Below are positions 26,112-37,830 of a stretch of 64,000 bases of DNA, one piece after another. The DNA is from Camelus dromedarius (Eukaryota). The number at the start of each line of letters is the position of its first letter. The first letter of the stretch is position 1. The stretch covers positions 45,324,001 through 45,388,000 of the forward strand of contig NC_087437.1 of the NCBI RefSeq assembly GCF_036321535.1. The letters are read 5' to 3'. The position numbers were made by a program, and so were the translations under genes. The notes beneath the pieces are model-generated. The model saw only the letters and a program-made list of their open reading frames with translations. It did not search any database and had not been told where the DNA came from.

Positions 26112-27384
26112 CTGTCAGCCAGCATAGCTCATAAAATGAAAAACCAAAGAGGAAACACAATAGCTATTTCCTGGATAGATGGATTTATGCAACTCTTATA
26201 CAGAAAAAGTTGTTCCCAGAGAAAAATGTTAACTGTTCCCAGGTCACACATAATCTGTCCTTGAATAGCAGAATGTCATATTTTTATAGAATATGTTTGT
26301 ATGAAGAGAAGTTGAAGTCCAGTAAAACATAGTTTTTCTCTCATTTAATATATGGTAACATAAATATATTCGTACTTTGGTTGTTCAAGTGCTCCCTATT
26401 GTTTTATAGATAACTCCTATTGTTACTAAAGTTAATATCTATTTTCCTAAGCATAACCTTTTTTTGGATGACATAATAAAAAAACTATTTTATGATGAGA
26501 AGCTTTTCTTCATTGTTCCCTGAGTTTCACTATTGAAAAACTATTTGCTTTTTCTAGAACTGAAAGGCAGCAATTACAATTGCTAATGTGAGAAATACAG
26601 ATTTAAACATCCATACATCTATTATTGAATTCTGTCTAATACAAACCAGTGTAAGATTCGGATTAAGGATGTCATGGTCAGATCACATATAAGGAACAGG
26701 GAAAAATGTCTTTAAAGTTTGTCTTTTAAAAAAAAAAAAAAAAATTTCAACTTTTATGCTGTCTCCACCATCCAGCCAGATACAAATCCTCAAGGGACAA
26801 GCATTTCTGATTGTTCTGAGTTATTTTGCCCATTTGTTGACACAACACACAGAAAGATAAAAACAAGTAATTTACAACAAATTATTATCTTTTGGGTCCC
26901 TTTTACACCTTGGGACTTATAAAAGCAAATTAAAGGAGCCACAATAGCATAGTATTTGTTAGCTTAAGTATTAATTTCCAATCCACTACATCAAATTTTT
27001 CATAATAAAACTTCTTGATTAATACAACCATTGTCTCATGTTTCTGAAGAGGAAAATAAGAATCAGAAGGTTTAAAGAGATAGCATCATACAACGAGGCA
27101 GAATCCTTATTTGACCTGAGTCAGATAGTATAGTCTGCAAATGGGAAAAGGATTTACTGGTCTTTCGTTTATTTCTTTTCTGTAATTAATACTGATGAGA
27201 ACTCAGTTTTTTAATGCAGAATCTCCCATACACACATTTCACTTATTCATTTTCATTATTACTTAGCAATGATTAGGTACAAAATATTTAATGGACTGAT
27301 AGAAATAAAAATTATAAAACATACATTTTTACCCTTGAGGAATGTATGACTTCATAAAAACAGCTAATACAAAAAAAAAAAAAA

Positions 27385-27645
27385 AGATTTATACTATATA
27401 TTGAGCACAGTGTGTATGCCAAGCACACACTTATTTACATGAATTAATTCATCTAATCTCACAGCATTACTATGAGAAATGTACTGCTATTGTCCACATT
27501 TTTCAAATGAGAAAACTGAAGGACAGGGAACTTAAGTAACTTACAAAAGTCCAAACACTTAGTAATATTTTCAAAGCAGAGCAACTGGTAGATATAAATT
27601 CCAAAACTGCAGTTAGTATTTTTGTTTCCTTGTTCTTGAAACCAA
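27385..27645 (-). mobile_element. MIR SINE
   Basis: CATTTTTCAAATGAGAAAACTGAAGGACAGGGAACTTAAGTAACTT. Confidence 0.8.
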
Positions 27646-27777
27646 GATACAGGTTCCAAAGCCTTCCTGTAGAACCCTGTAAAGATTCTTTTGAAATCAT
27701 CTCTATGACTATTTACTATTAAAAAATTGCCTTAAAATTCAAATGAAAGCACTAACTTCTTAGCAATTTCCTCTTTC

Positions 27778-28353
27778 TGTTGCCAAAAGATTGGCCCCCA
27801 TCCCTGACAAGCCAAATAACCCAGAGACAAGGTCTTGGAGCTTAGAAGAAAAGAGGCAAAGGGGATTCACAGCAGGCTAGTCTGTTCAAAACTGTGAACA
27901 CACCTTGGGGATGGGGTGGGGTGGTTATATAGCCATAGCTCAAATGATAAGACATCCATAACAATCAACAGAATCATTTTCTCATCAGAAGACTTAGAAT
28001 GATGTCATGATGCCGCCAGGCGATCAATTCTATAGAGGCTATCGGTAGTCACTCTTTCCATCTCTTTATCTTATATGCACCCAAGGTGTGGTCTTCTTGG
28101 TAATTCAGGCTATTTTGTAAGGGTAAAGTCCTGTGACCTTCTCCCTGGAGGTCAGCTCAGAGGCCAAGCATGATTATTACTTTCAATTACTGGAATAAAG
28201 TAGAAACAGTAAGATCAATAGTTTTAGTTTTAACAGTGGGCTTGGAACTGTGAGTAGCAACTGGTCAGTCAGGTCAGTTGACCGTTTTAAGGGCAAGCAT
28301 AAGAATAAGCAATCTGCTAGCCTAAGTGTGGCCATTTTATTAATCCTCCTTCA
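27778..28353 (-). mobile_element. ERV1 solo LTR, family A copy 1
   Basis: TG...CA termini; exact TSD TTTC (27774-77 / 28354-57); reverse complement aligns end to end with 31395-32410. Confidence 0.94.
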
Positions 28354-28838
28354 TTTCTAGTTGTCCCTCCTCCCACCATCATAATCTCTATGGAGAAGAC
28401 TGTCCACTCAAACAGTATACTTCCCCCAGAGTTCCTGATGCTCAGACGTGGTCCTAGTGTTGAACCTTTAATTTGGTTTACTTAGATAAGCCATAAATAT
28501 CCCAAAAACTATGCAAACTCTTCCAGGGAGTAGAAAAATATCAAATGAATTCCTAGCATTTTTAAGATCCTGACAATGATATCATGGGAAAGGTAAATTA
28601 CAGACCAATAACTATCATTAACATAGATGCAAAAATTATTTACACTGTATTAGCAAATTGAATCCAGTGACACAGAAAGGATAACACATTTTAACCAAGT
28701 TGGATTTATTATAGGTATAACCTATTATTTTAACATTTTAAAGCTAATTATTGTATTTCACAACATCAACACAATTATGAGAAAAGTTGGAGATTATCCT
28801 ACTGAATACAAAAAAATTGACAAAATCCAATATCCATT

Positions 28839-29410
28839 CGAAACCAAGCAGGACCCTGTGGGGCCCTCCTGGGTACAAATCCTTTCAGTGTCCCCATTAC
28901 TTGTTCGTACAAAGCAGGCTTCATTCAGCCTCCTAGACCTTCCTAGAGTTCTAAAGGGCAGATTCAATCAGTAGCTAATCAGGGAAGTGATGGAATGCAG
29001 AAACAAAGGAGGAGAAGTCAAGAAACAATAGTGCAGCAATGGGGCAGGGTCCTGGTTCCTCCTTGAGGAATATACATAGCAATACCTTTGAGTTCCTCTG
29101 CAGGAACTAAGGCCCCCACCCAGATGGAGGATGGCAAATTCAGGCTGAGCACAAGATTCCTGGAGGACCGCCCTGTTACCTTTCCACCAACCAATCAGAA
29201 GGAAGTAACACACCCTGTAGCTCTCACCCCAAATTTTGTCTATAAAAACCTCTCCCCAAAAACCATTGGGGTGTTTGGAGTATTAGAGCATGAGTCACCT
29301 GTTCTCCTTGTTTGGCTCTGCAATAAATCTCTCTTTGTTCCAAACTTCAACATTTTGGTTTGTTTGGCCTTACTATTCATCAGAAACATGAAATTGTGCT
29401 CCATATCACA
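28839..29410 (+). mobile_element. ERV1 solo LTR, family B copy 2 (inserted in L1 ORF2)
   Basis: Homologous to 22558-23166 in the opposite orientation; CCAAT, TATAAAA and AATAAA (29322) present; ends ACA; TSD not clean. Confidence 0.9.
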
Positions 29411-31394
29411 CTAATGGCTTTAAAAAATCATGTTAGGAAAGTAGGAATAGAAGAAAACTCTCTTAACCTGATAAAGAATTTCTATTTGGAAAAAAAAGCC
29501 AACAGCAAACCTCATAATCAACAGTAAAACTTGAATACTTTCTCTGGAGATTAGAACCAAGAAAATTTCTATTAAAAACTGTACTGGGTGAACTAGTCCA
29601 TTCAATGAGGCAAAGGGGAAAGAAGTTAAAGAATTGTTACAGAAAATACGATTTTAAAAGTCTAAAATAATTTCCAGGTGAAGTAATGAAATAATTAAAT
29701 GAACTTATCAAGGTAGTTGGATATGAATACAATATATAAAAATCAATTCTGATTTTATATACCAGCAACAGAAAGAAACTGTAAATTTTTAAAATAGTTT
29801 ACAATAATATTTTTAAAAAGTAATTACTCAGAAAGAAAGCTACCAAAATGAGCAACTGAAACAAGATTAAGATTTAAAAATTAAATACATGAAAAGACAG
29901 ATCAAGTTCATAATTTGTGAAACTCAATAACATAAAGATATCAATTTCTTTAAATCAATCTGTATAAACAGGGCAATTAAAATTTAAAAAAAATTATTCC
30001 CCAGTGTTTTTTCAGAAATTTACTAGACAAATTTAAAATTTATATGAATATGCTAAGGTCAAGAATGGTCAAAACATCTTTAATTAAAAGAATAAAGCTA
30101 GAGGACTATCTGATATCAAGATCTATCATAAAGCTTAAATAATTAAGACTATGCTATTTGTATGTGAACAGAGAAACTATCCAGGCAACAGAACAGAGTC
30201 CAGAAATGCAAGGGGAAGTTGAAGTTCAAAGGAAGAAAGCATAGTGTTTTCAACAAAAGGTACTGGGTCACTTGGATAGCTATCTGGAAAAAAATATCTT
30301 TATACTCACATGATACTATTAAAAAAAAAATAAAACTTTGATAGGAAATCTTAGGAGAGAACATCTTCATAATCAAGAAATAGGCAAACCTTTCTTAAGA
30401 CATAAAATGTTCTAGTCATTAAAAAATGATACATTAAACTATATTAAAATTCAGAACTTCTTTTAAACTGAGATGATTAAGAGTGTAGAAAGGCAAGTCA
30501 CAAAATGGGAGAAAGTATTTGTCTATACAAAAGACTTTTATCCAGAATATGCAAAGAAAAATACACACAAGGTGCAAATGAGAAACGGCAAATACTCACA
30601 CAGACATCCAGACGAGTAAATATGTTGAAAGTGCTCCCTTTTTGCTTATTGCCATCAAGCAAATGCAAATTCAAACCTTAGCCACCACCAAGTACATGCT
30701 GAAGTGACTAAAATGAAGAGGACAAAAAAAAAAAAAAGAAAAAATGGTAAAATTCTCTTAGAAAGCTTTGGAACAACCACAGTCCTCATATGACACTTGC
30801 AGACTATATCAACTGCAACAATATCTTCAGAGAAATGTTTGGAGTTACCTACTAAAGCTGAACACAGGAGTGAGCTATGATGTGACAATTCTATGTAAAG
30901 GCATATAACCAACAGAAGTGCATACATATGTTTTCTTAAAGACAGACACTAGAATGTTTATAGCAGCACAAATTAAAATGCCCCAAACTACTCAAATATC
31001 CATCAAGAGTAGAATGGATAAAATAACTGTATATTTGCTCGATGGAATACTTGAAAGCAATGAGAGTGAGCGATCTATAATGACACGCAACAGAGAGAAG
31101 GAGTCTCACACACATAATATTCAGATAAAGAGGCTAGGCATAAAAGAATCCATATTATATAATTTTGTTTATATATAACATAAAAATAAATAATACCAAT
31201 CTATGCTGTCAGAAGCCAAAGTGGTGATAATGTTTGGGCAAGTCAGAAAGTGGCTGTAAGGGACAAGGAGGATGGGGAAAAGGTCACTCTGGGGGGACAG
31301 TAATGTTCTGTTTCTTTATCTAGGACCTACCTATACAGGGGTACGCAGTTTGTGAAAACTCTGCCAGCTATAAAGAGTTTGGTATCTGCACTTT

Positions 31395-32410
31395 TGAAGG
31401 AGGATTAATAAAATGGCCACATTTAGGCTAACAGATTGCTTATTCTTATGCTTGTCCTCAACTGACCTGACTGACTGCTTGCTACTCACAGTTCCAGGCC
31501 CATTGTTAAAACTAAAGCTATTGATCTTACTATTTCTACTTTATTCAAGTAATTGAAAGTAATAATCATGCTTGGTCTCTAAGTCCTTCTCCAAGGAGAA
31601 GGTCACAGGACTATAACCTTACAAAATATCCTGAATTACCAAGAGACCACACCTTGAGTGCTTATGAGATAAAGAGATCTAACCGCTAGCCTCTATAGAA
31701 CTGGTCGCCTGAAGGCATCATGATGCCATTCTGTCTTCTGATGAGAAAATGATTCTGTTGATTGTGTGAACGAAAATACTGCAAACCGTATCAGTAAACA
31801 AAGAATGCTGAAACTCTCAAATTGCCACCCCTACAGTGAAGACAAGCCTGCAGCCCAGCCCCTGCAGCCACTCACAATGGTGCACCCTCAAAGGACTCAG
31901 AATGAGAAAGGACAGGATACTGGCCCTAGATAGCTAGGTGCTTGTCAAAGGAATGAATTCAGTGAGCCCAAATGTTTGCTTCCTCCCATACATAGAAAAG
32001 CACTCAATTCTTTAACTTGAGATGCCTGGTTTTCTTTAGATAACAAGCAATCTTTTATTGTTCCAACTACCTGGTCTTTGTCGTAAAGCTCATACATATC
32101 CTGGCTTCTCCCCTACCTCTTCAGAGCAGTCCCTCCTAGCATCTGAGAGGCTGTCATCCCGGTTGAAGTCCTTTCGCCAAGTAAAACATAATTCTCCACT
32201 TTTAGGCTGTGCATATATTTTAGTCGACAGTTATTATCAATGCTTTATTGTTTGACCTATGGCTATATAACCACCCCACCCCATCCCCAAGGTAGGCTCA
32301 CAGTTTTGAAGGCACTAGCCTGCTGTGAGTCCCCTTTGCCTCTTTTCTTCTAAGCTCCTTGTCTCTGGGTTATTTGGCTTGTCAGGGATGGGGCCAATCT
32401 TTCGTTAACA
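31395..32410 (+). mobile_element. ERV1 solo LTR, family A copy 2 (split by nested LTR C2)
   Basis: TGAAGG...TTAACA termini; exact TSD CTTT (31391-94 / 32411-14). Confidence 0.94.
31765..32229 (+). mobile_element. ERV1 solo LTR, family C copy 2, nested in LTR A2
   Basis: TGTGAACG...GTCGACA; homolog of 24047-24543; 4 extra bases relative to LTR A1 (ATTG/GTTA, degenerate TSD). Confidence 0.92.
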
Positions 32411-35400
32411 CTTTTGCATACATATTACGTTATTAAAAAAGGAATTCTAAAAATAATTTAAGAGAATCTACTGCCTCCATGGTGATTAAAATCTCTAGAC
32501 TCTGAAATAATTAAAAATTACATTTGCGTTCACAAGTTAAAGTGATTTAAAGAAAATTATAAAAGTTTAAATTAAACCTAATGCTATTTTATTAACCTAA
32601 TTTTATTTTCTACATTTTAACTGAATGAATGGTTTTATTAAAAATCATTTTCAACTTTTGCAAATTTGTGCAATTCCAGCAATAAATTTGCAAATAGGTT
32701 GTAACAAATGTTTGCCAGCTGGCATTGATTTTGTAGAAGTAGGAAAATGCATAAAAAAATCAACCAATGATTACAGATGATTTTTACTACTCAAAAAATC
32801 AAATATTACTATCCTAGCTTTTTTGTGTCTCCATAAAAATTTAAAGCTTAAATGCCTAAGTTCAAGCATTCAATTAAATGCTTCAATTTTTAAAAATGCA
32901 TTTGAGGTCACTGTGATAGCTGTTTTCACCCCGTATCTTAGACGATAACTTTGAATCCATTTATGCCATCCCTCTGCATCTACTCTCCTTGCTGTGTCCC
33001 AGCACTAGGCTGAAGTTAATACTTCATTTTCCTTTGAAAACATTTAGTGTGCAACCCAGTGTCAAGCCAAGGACAAAGTATGACAATGAAATGGATTTTC
33101 ATGCCTCCAAGGCCCCACTTATGCCATGACCTCTAGGTGCCCCACAGTTAGACATGCTGACACAAACACATTGAAGCCCAGTTCCAGGCATCTGGTGTTC
33201 TCCAGGCCCATGGAGCAATCATGCTGAGCCCATCCTCCAAGAGCCAAGCACCATGTCAAATGCCTCCTGCCTTCCTGCCAATAAAACTTGCCAACTTGTT
33301 ATTCCATCTTCTCAGGACCAAGACTACTTTCCAAAGGAGCAGCTAAGATGAATCTGACCTATAATCATACATGCAAATGTACAACAGCCCTTGCTTCTCT
33401 GCACAGGGAAACATCTCCCACAGCAGTCCTCTGGAGACTAGGCTTTACCTTTAAAGCATGTTGCTAATGAGGAGATCATTAGACTTCATGGAACATTTGC
33501 AAAAGATATTTTGTGGACAGAAGGGGACTCTCAGTGAAGTCTTTTCATACAAGTGTCTGGTCTGTGGCAGACCCTGTGCAAGCCACTGTCATATCATAAT
33601 ACTTAAAGACAGTCAAGTAGATCTCAAAAATAGAATGCTAAAATATTTGTGTAATAAGAATAAATAAGCAATTTTGAATAGCATTGGTTTAGAACCTCAA
33701 CTAGACAATGAAATGTTAGCCATTTTGGTTTAATTTCCTGGTGCACAAAAATTTACCGATGTCCTTCTAATTTTATATTTCATATTAACAAATTAATTTA
33801 TATTAATCTATCTTTTGAAAAGCTGCCTATTTGAAAATTTATTTCACTGGCTCCTATTTTTCCAATTTTATTTTTCTAATATAGTCTAGAAATGCCAAGC
33901 TTATTGGAATGTTCTGACCTTTGAAATTAATAACTCCCTTTTAAATAATTGATCAGAGTGTTCTAATATCTAAAAGGATGCTTGATATAAATTTCATTCA
34001 CAATATTTAAAATAGCAAACTATCTTAATTTTTTTTCCTTTCTTACTTGAAAACATGATAACTAAAAAAAAACTACCTTAAGCGCTAACTGTAGAAAGGC
34101 AAAACTGTCAATTTAAGGTAAAAACGCTTCCCATTCTTGTTATGACATTTCTCAGCACCAAGTGAATGCTACACATGTGAAAACGAGTTTCTCTGAAAAT
34201 CTAATCTATTTTATAAAGTTACATAAGAAGATTTCATGAGAATTTTCAGCTGGATATAATCAAAGGGAGAAAAATGGTAGAGACATTATATCTCAGCAGT
34301 TGTTTTAGTGCATGAATACTCTAAAGGTCCTGACATTTAATCCCCTAGAAGGGCATTCACTTTCTCATTATATATTTATAATACCAAAGAAGAATACAAC
34401 ATACACCCTGCAAAACATCTTGTATTATTGAAGAAGGCGTGCAAAGTCTACTGGAGGGGTAGTGTAAACAGGAAGCGAATCAAGGTCACTGGGGCCTAAG
34501 GCTGTAGCCTTGAGTCAAGTCTGAGACAGGAGCTGTTTCTGGAAACATAGAGATGACAGGAATCCATCAATGAGAGACAAGTTATGGGTAAAATCAGGTA
34601 TCATGGAACTAACGGAGCCACAAATGAGAAAACTCCAAAAATACTGTTGATTAAAAATAGCAAATTGCAGCAAAATCTATAAAACATTAGCATTCTAAGT
34701 GAAATAATGACAGTAACAAGACTCAAAACATTACTACATATAAGATGGTATCAGCTATATGTTCTTATGTCTCCTTCCCTTTTTTCTCTCTCTCATATAT
34801 CCCTAAATAAAAATACTTTAAACCCTCTAAAAGTATGCATATGAAACAAATAATAGTGTTACTGTTACTTTCAAGCTTCCAGCGAAAGAATAAAAGTATT
34901 TTTGATGGAGGAGGGGATGTCAAAGGATGATTTAGGTTTAGAAATCAATTATTAATATTATTATTATTATTCATTCATACCAATTAGTATTATTCACCAA
35001 CTTATATAGAAGAAAGTATTCATGTATTAATTTCATAACACCTAAGAATTAAAAAGTATAAATACAATAAAACAAATAACTAGTTCAACCAACAAATCAG
35101 AAATGAGATGCCAAAGACCCTGCATGAGCTAGGGCTAAGTGGTAGAGTAATGAATACACAGAGGTTCAGCCTCCAGATTCCCGAATGTACCTTCTGTTTC
35201 CCTACACTCACTCCCCAGTCATTCACTCATGAAACATTAATTCACCTACAAAGTACTCAGGACAACACAGTTGTTGGGTCTCTGAGAACTCCTGACTGTT
35301 GAGGAAAACAATTGCAATACATCATGATGTGAACTTCTGGGTGACCTGCACTCTGGAGGCCTGCATGCAATAGTAACACTTTATCTGTGCCCAATGAAGA

Positions 35401-36375
35401 GAGAAAGAAGTGTAGGAAAGAAATCATTGGAGGAAGGATTTAGTAAAGTGCAGAAGAATTTAGAGAGCAAGCTACTTTGATTTGGTTATTGGAAATGTTG
35501 ACCTGAACCAGATCAGCTTGTTGAGTAGAATGTGAGCCTTGAAACATTTCTGGGTTCCTTGAAATTTAAGTAGGCCAAGATGGAAACTGATCTCTATTCA
35601 GTGAACACAGTTTCCTTCATATGGCATCCTGGAACCTGCCAGGTTCTTACCAAAAATAGGAACGTAGACAGAGACTCCCCATAGTCTGCCTGTGTCCACA
35701 GGAATTTTCACCAACTTTCAGAGGCTTGATGACATTTCACATGATTTCACAACTGCGATCCCCCTAGAGGTGACAAATTGGTGTACTTCTTATAATCAAT
35801 CTGCTGATATTGATTGATTGAAGACTGTATATGTGAAATGACCAGTATGCGCATTTTCATAAATTACTTTCTTGCTAAAATTTAGCATCTTTTAGTTGTC
35901 TGTTTCTTAACTTACCAGCTGGCTCGAATATAGACATTGAAGCTTTTTCCCTACAGGTGAAGCCTAATCTGACTCCCAGCCAATCCTGACCAATGCAAAG
36001 AAAATATCTGGAAATTAATTTGGAATGACAGTTGAGATCAAGAATTAGAATGCAGTGGATATGACGATGTGCCCACTAAACTACAATATATAAAACTTGG
36101 CTTACGGTTCTGTTTCCAGTTTGATAGTTTGTCAGAACCTGCCAAAATTTCAAATGGTTTCCCTCTCTTGGTCCTCCATAATTTGATTACTTTAATTGGG
36201 ACCAGATGATAACTTTAAATACTTGGGGCCAGATGATTATTTTAAGTAAATAAGAGGTAGACTGGTCAAATAATTTCCCTATCAAATTTTCCCAATTTAA
36301 ATGTCATGTCAGAATATTATCTGAGCTGTTTCTTCTGTCTTTCTGAAACTAAGAACTTTCCACCATCAAAATGGC

Positions 36376-36540
36376 TGTCAAGTAAAAGCAAACAGGCACC
36401 TAGATAAGGAGAGACTTTATCCAAAAGACTATTACAGTAGAGAGAATGCCCTAATCGTAAATCTGCAAGTGTCTCAAAACGAAAGAAAAAAAGGCCCGTA
36501 AGGTAGAAAAGGTAGTTTTTCTCGATGTTAATGTCTTCCA
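36376..36540 (-). mobile_element. Truncated ERV1 (MER4-group-like) LTR 3' end
   Basis: TGTCAAGTAAAAG...AGACTTTATCCAAAAGACTATTACAGTAGAGAGA resembles a reverse-strand LTR R/U5 end. Confidence 0.55.
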
Positions 36541-37344
36541 AACAATGATAGAATATCTCAGCCAGGACACTGGCATCAATACATCAAGACACAGGACATT
36601 TTCATCACCACGAGGATCTCTTTTACAACTATACTCCCCACTCTTCCACCTTCACCTACGTAACCCTGGCAACCACTGTTATCTTCTCCATCTCTATAAT
36701 GTCATTTCAAGAATATTACATAATTGAATCATAGCATGTATAACCTTTTGAGATAGGCTTCCCCCACACCCCCAGGAATTCATTCACATTGTTGCATGTA
36801 TCAATAGTTGCTTTTTATTGCTGAGTAGTATTTCATTGTATGAATGTAACACTATTTTAACATTTATGAGTTGAAGGGCAATTGGATTCTATCTAATTTT
36901 TGGCTGTTATGAATAAAAGCTTCTACAAACTTTGTGTACAGGCTTTTCGTGTGAACATAATTCTTCATTTCTCTGGAATAAATGCTCAGCAGTGCACTAC
37001 TGGGTTTTATGATAGTTACATGTTTAGTTTATCAAGGAAGCAAAAAAAACAGTTTCCCACAATGGCCATACTATTTTACATTCCAGCAATGTATGAGTGA
37101 TCAAGTTGTTCTCATCTGTGTCAGCATGTGGCACTGTCAGTACTTTTAATTCTAGCATTCTGATAGATGTGTAGCAGTATCTCATTGGAGTTTCAATTAA
37201 CATTTCCTTAACGGCTTCTGACATTGACTATTTTTTCATGTACTTACTTGAAATATGTGTATTTCTCTAATGAAAAGCCTATTTATCTAGTTGCCCATGT
37301 TACCATGCAATTGTTTGGCTTTTTTGCTATTGAGTTTTGAGTGT

Positions 37345-37640
37345 TGCATTAGTTCGCTAGGGCTCTCATAGCAACATACCACAGACTGGAAGACTTAAAC
37401 CCAGAAATTAATTTCCTTACAGCTCTGGAGTCTAGAAGTACAAGCTGAAAGTGTCAGCAGGGCTGGTTTCTTCTGAAACTTCTCTCCTTGGCTTGTGCAT
37501 GGCCATCTTCTCCCTGTGTCTTCATGTAGTCTTCACTCTGTATGTGTCTGTGTCCTAATCTCTTCTTTGCACAAGAATGTCAGTCATACTGGAACAGGGC
37601 CCATCCTGATGACTTCATTTGAACTTAATTACCTCTATAA
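37345..37640 (-). mobile_element. MLT1B-like MaLR LTR (truncated), inside L1
   Basis: TGCATTAGTTCGCTAGGGCT...CATACCACAGACTGG...CAGCTCTGGAGTCTAGAAGT. Confidence 0.9.
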
Positions 37641-37649
37641 TTTTGCCAT

Positions 37650-37830
37650 TACAAAGGCCTTGAGGAGAGGAGAAGGCTCTATTAGAGGGAATAAAAGATA
37701 GTGGTCAGCCTGGCAGAAGGTAAGAGCCACCCCTGAGGAGGCTGGTGAGACAGACCTGCTCATGCCATGCCTAGCTGGCCAAATCAGGCAATTTGAAATT
37801 TATCCTAAGAGCAATGGGAGGGGCATGGTG
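37650..37830 (-). mobile_element. Internal L2 fragment
   Basis: CAAAGGCCTTGAGG ... GAGGAGGCTGGTGAGACAG ... ATTTGAAATTTATCCTAAGAGCAATGGGAG. Confidence 0.65.

Larger units (their letters stand above)
28545..32440 (+). mobile_element. Old L1 (L1M/L1ME-type) RT region to 3' end, interrupted by LTRs
   Basis: AATTACAGACCAATAACTATCATTAACATAGATGCAAAAAT (RT motif NYRPISL.N.D.K); 3'UTR resumes after 32414. Confidence 0.88.

Noticed and set aside
22497..29414. Paralogous ORFs sharing QVEDGNFRLSTRFLE / QMEDGKFRLSTRFLE as a gene family
   Set aside because: The similarity is only the two copies of LTR family B; frames are not conserved end to end.
24047..32229. C1 and C2 as the two LTRs of one 8-kb provirus
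   Set aside because: Size and orientation fit, but C1 has its own TSD (CTAT) on both sides, C2 is nested in another LTR, and the interior has no PBS or gag/pol/env. It is MIR, L1, other LTRs and unique DNA.
35754..35775. CTCF site (CCCCTAGAGGTGAC)
   Set aside because: About three mismatches at informative core positions; too weak to call.
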